DNA of 64,000 nucleotides from Escherichia coli (GTDB lineage Bacteria; Pseudomonadota; Gammaproteobacteria; Enterobacterales; Enterobacteriaceae): NCBI RefSeq assembly GCF_051903065.1, contig NZ_CP178438.1; one strand, 5' to 3'. Shown piece by piece: positions 63,983 to 64,000 of this stretch (position 1 is its first letter; each line of letters starts with the position of its first letter). The notes under the pieces were generated by a model. It saw only the letters and a program-made list of their open reading frames with translations, ran no database searches and was not told where the DNA came from. The position numbers and the translations under genes were made by a program.

Positions 63983-64000
63983 GCATAGATAGATCCTGTA

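Overview
This window reads as an Escherichia coli chromosomal segment with the conserved backbone glgB'-asd-yhgN-gntUKR-yhhWXY-ggt-yhhA-ugpQCEAB-livFGMHK-panM-livJ-rpoH-ftsXEY-rsmD-yhhLMN-zntA-tusA-yhhQ-dcrB-yhhST-acpT-nikABCDE-nikR, interrupted by four accessory insertions that I do not recall in K-12. All calls come from reading the six-frame translations and DNA motifs by eye; no database search or computation was run, and coordinates of non-coding features are approximate to about 2 nt. (1) The most unusual is a two-gene minus-strand cassette at 2509-5807 between the yhgN and gntU terminators: a RecQ-family helicase whose C-terminus is a ComF/GntX-like phosphoribosyltransferase-fold domain, translationally coupled to a DprA/Smf-like paralog. 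This helicase + ComF-like + DprA-like set resembles competence ssDNA-processing machinery, and I cannot assign it to any named system. (2) A 248-aa membrane protein gene (PLDc_N-like N-terminus plus helical-repeat C-terminus) lies between ugpB and livF. (3) A GNAT-toxin/DUF1778-antitoxin type II TA pair (AtaRT/KacAT/TacAT family) lies between panM and livJ. (4) An intact IS1 with a 9-bp target duplication sits just downstream of yhhT, followed by an 18-gene, about 15-kb co-directional cluster ending at acpT. The cluster encodes two ACPs, two ketosynthases, a Cys-less KS-like partner, a ketoreductase, two hotdog dehydratases, an adenylate-forming ligase, a thioesterase, a methyltransferase, acyl/glycosyltransferases and a LolA-like/MMPL/lipoprotein export module, which matches the aryl-polyene-type (type II PKS-like) architecture. 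Recognisable non-coding elements include the RyhB sRNA with its Fur box, the sigma-E rpoH P3 promoter, the ZntR-controlled zntA promoter, the NikR operator, REP/BIME repeats and several terminators. No tRNA, rRNA or CRISPR array was found.
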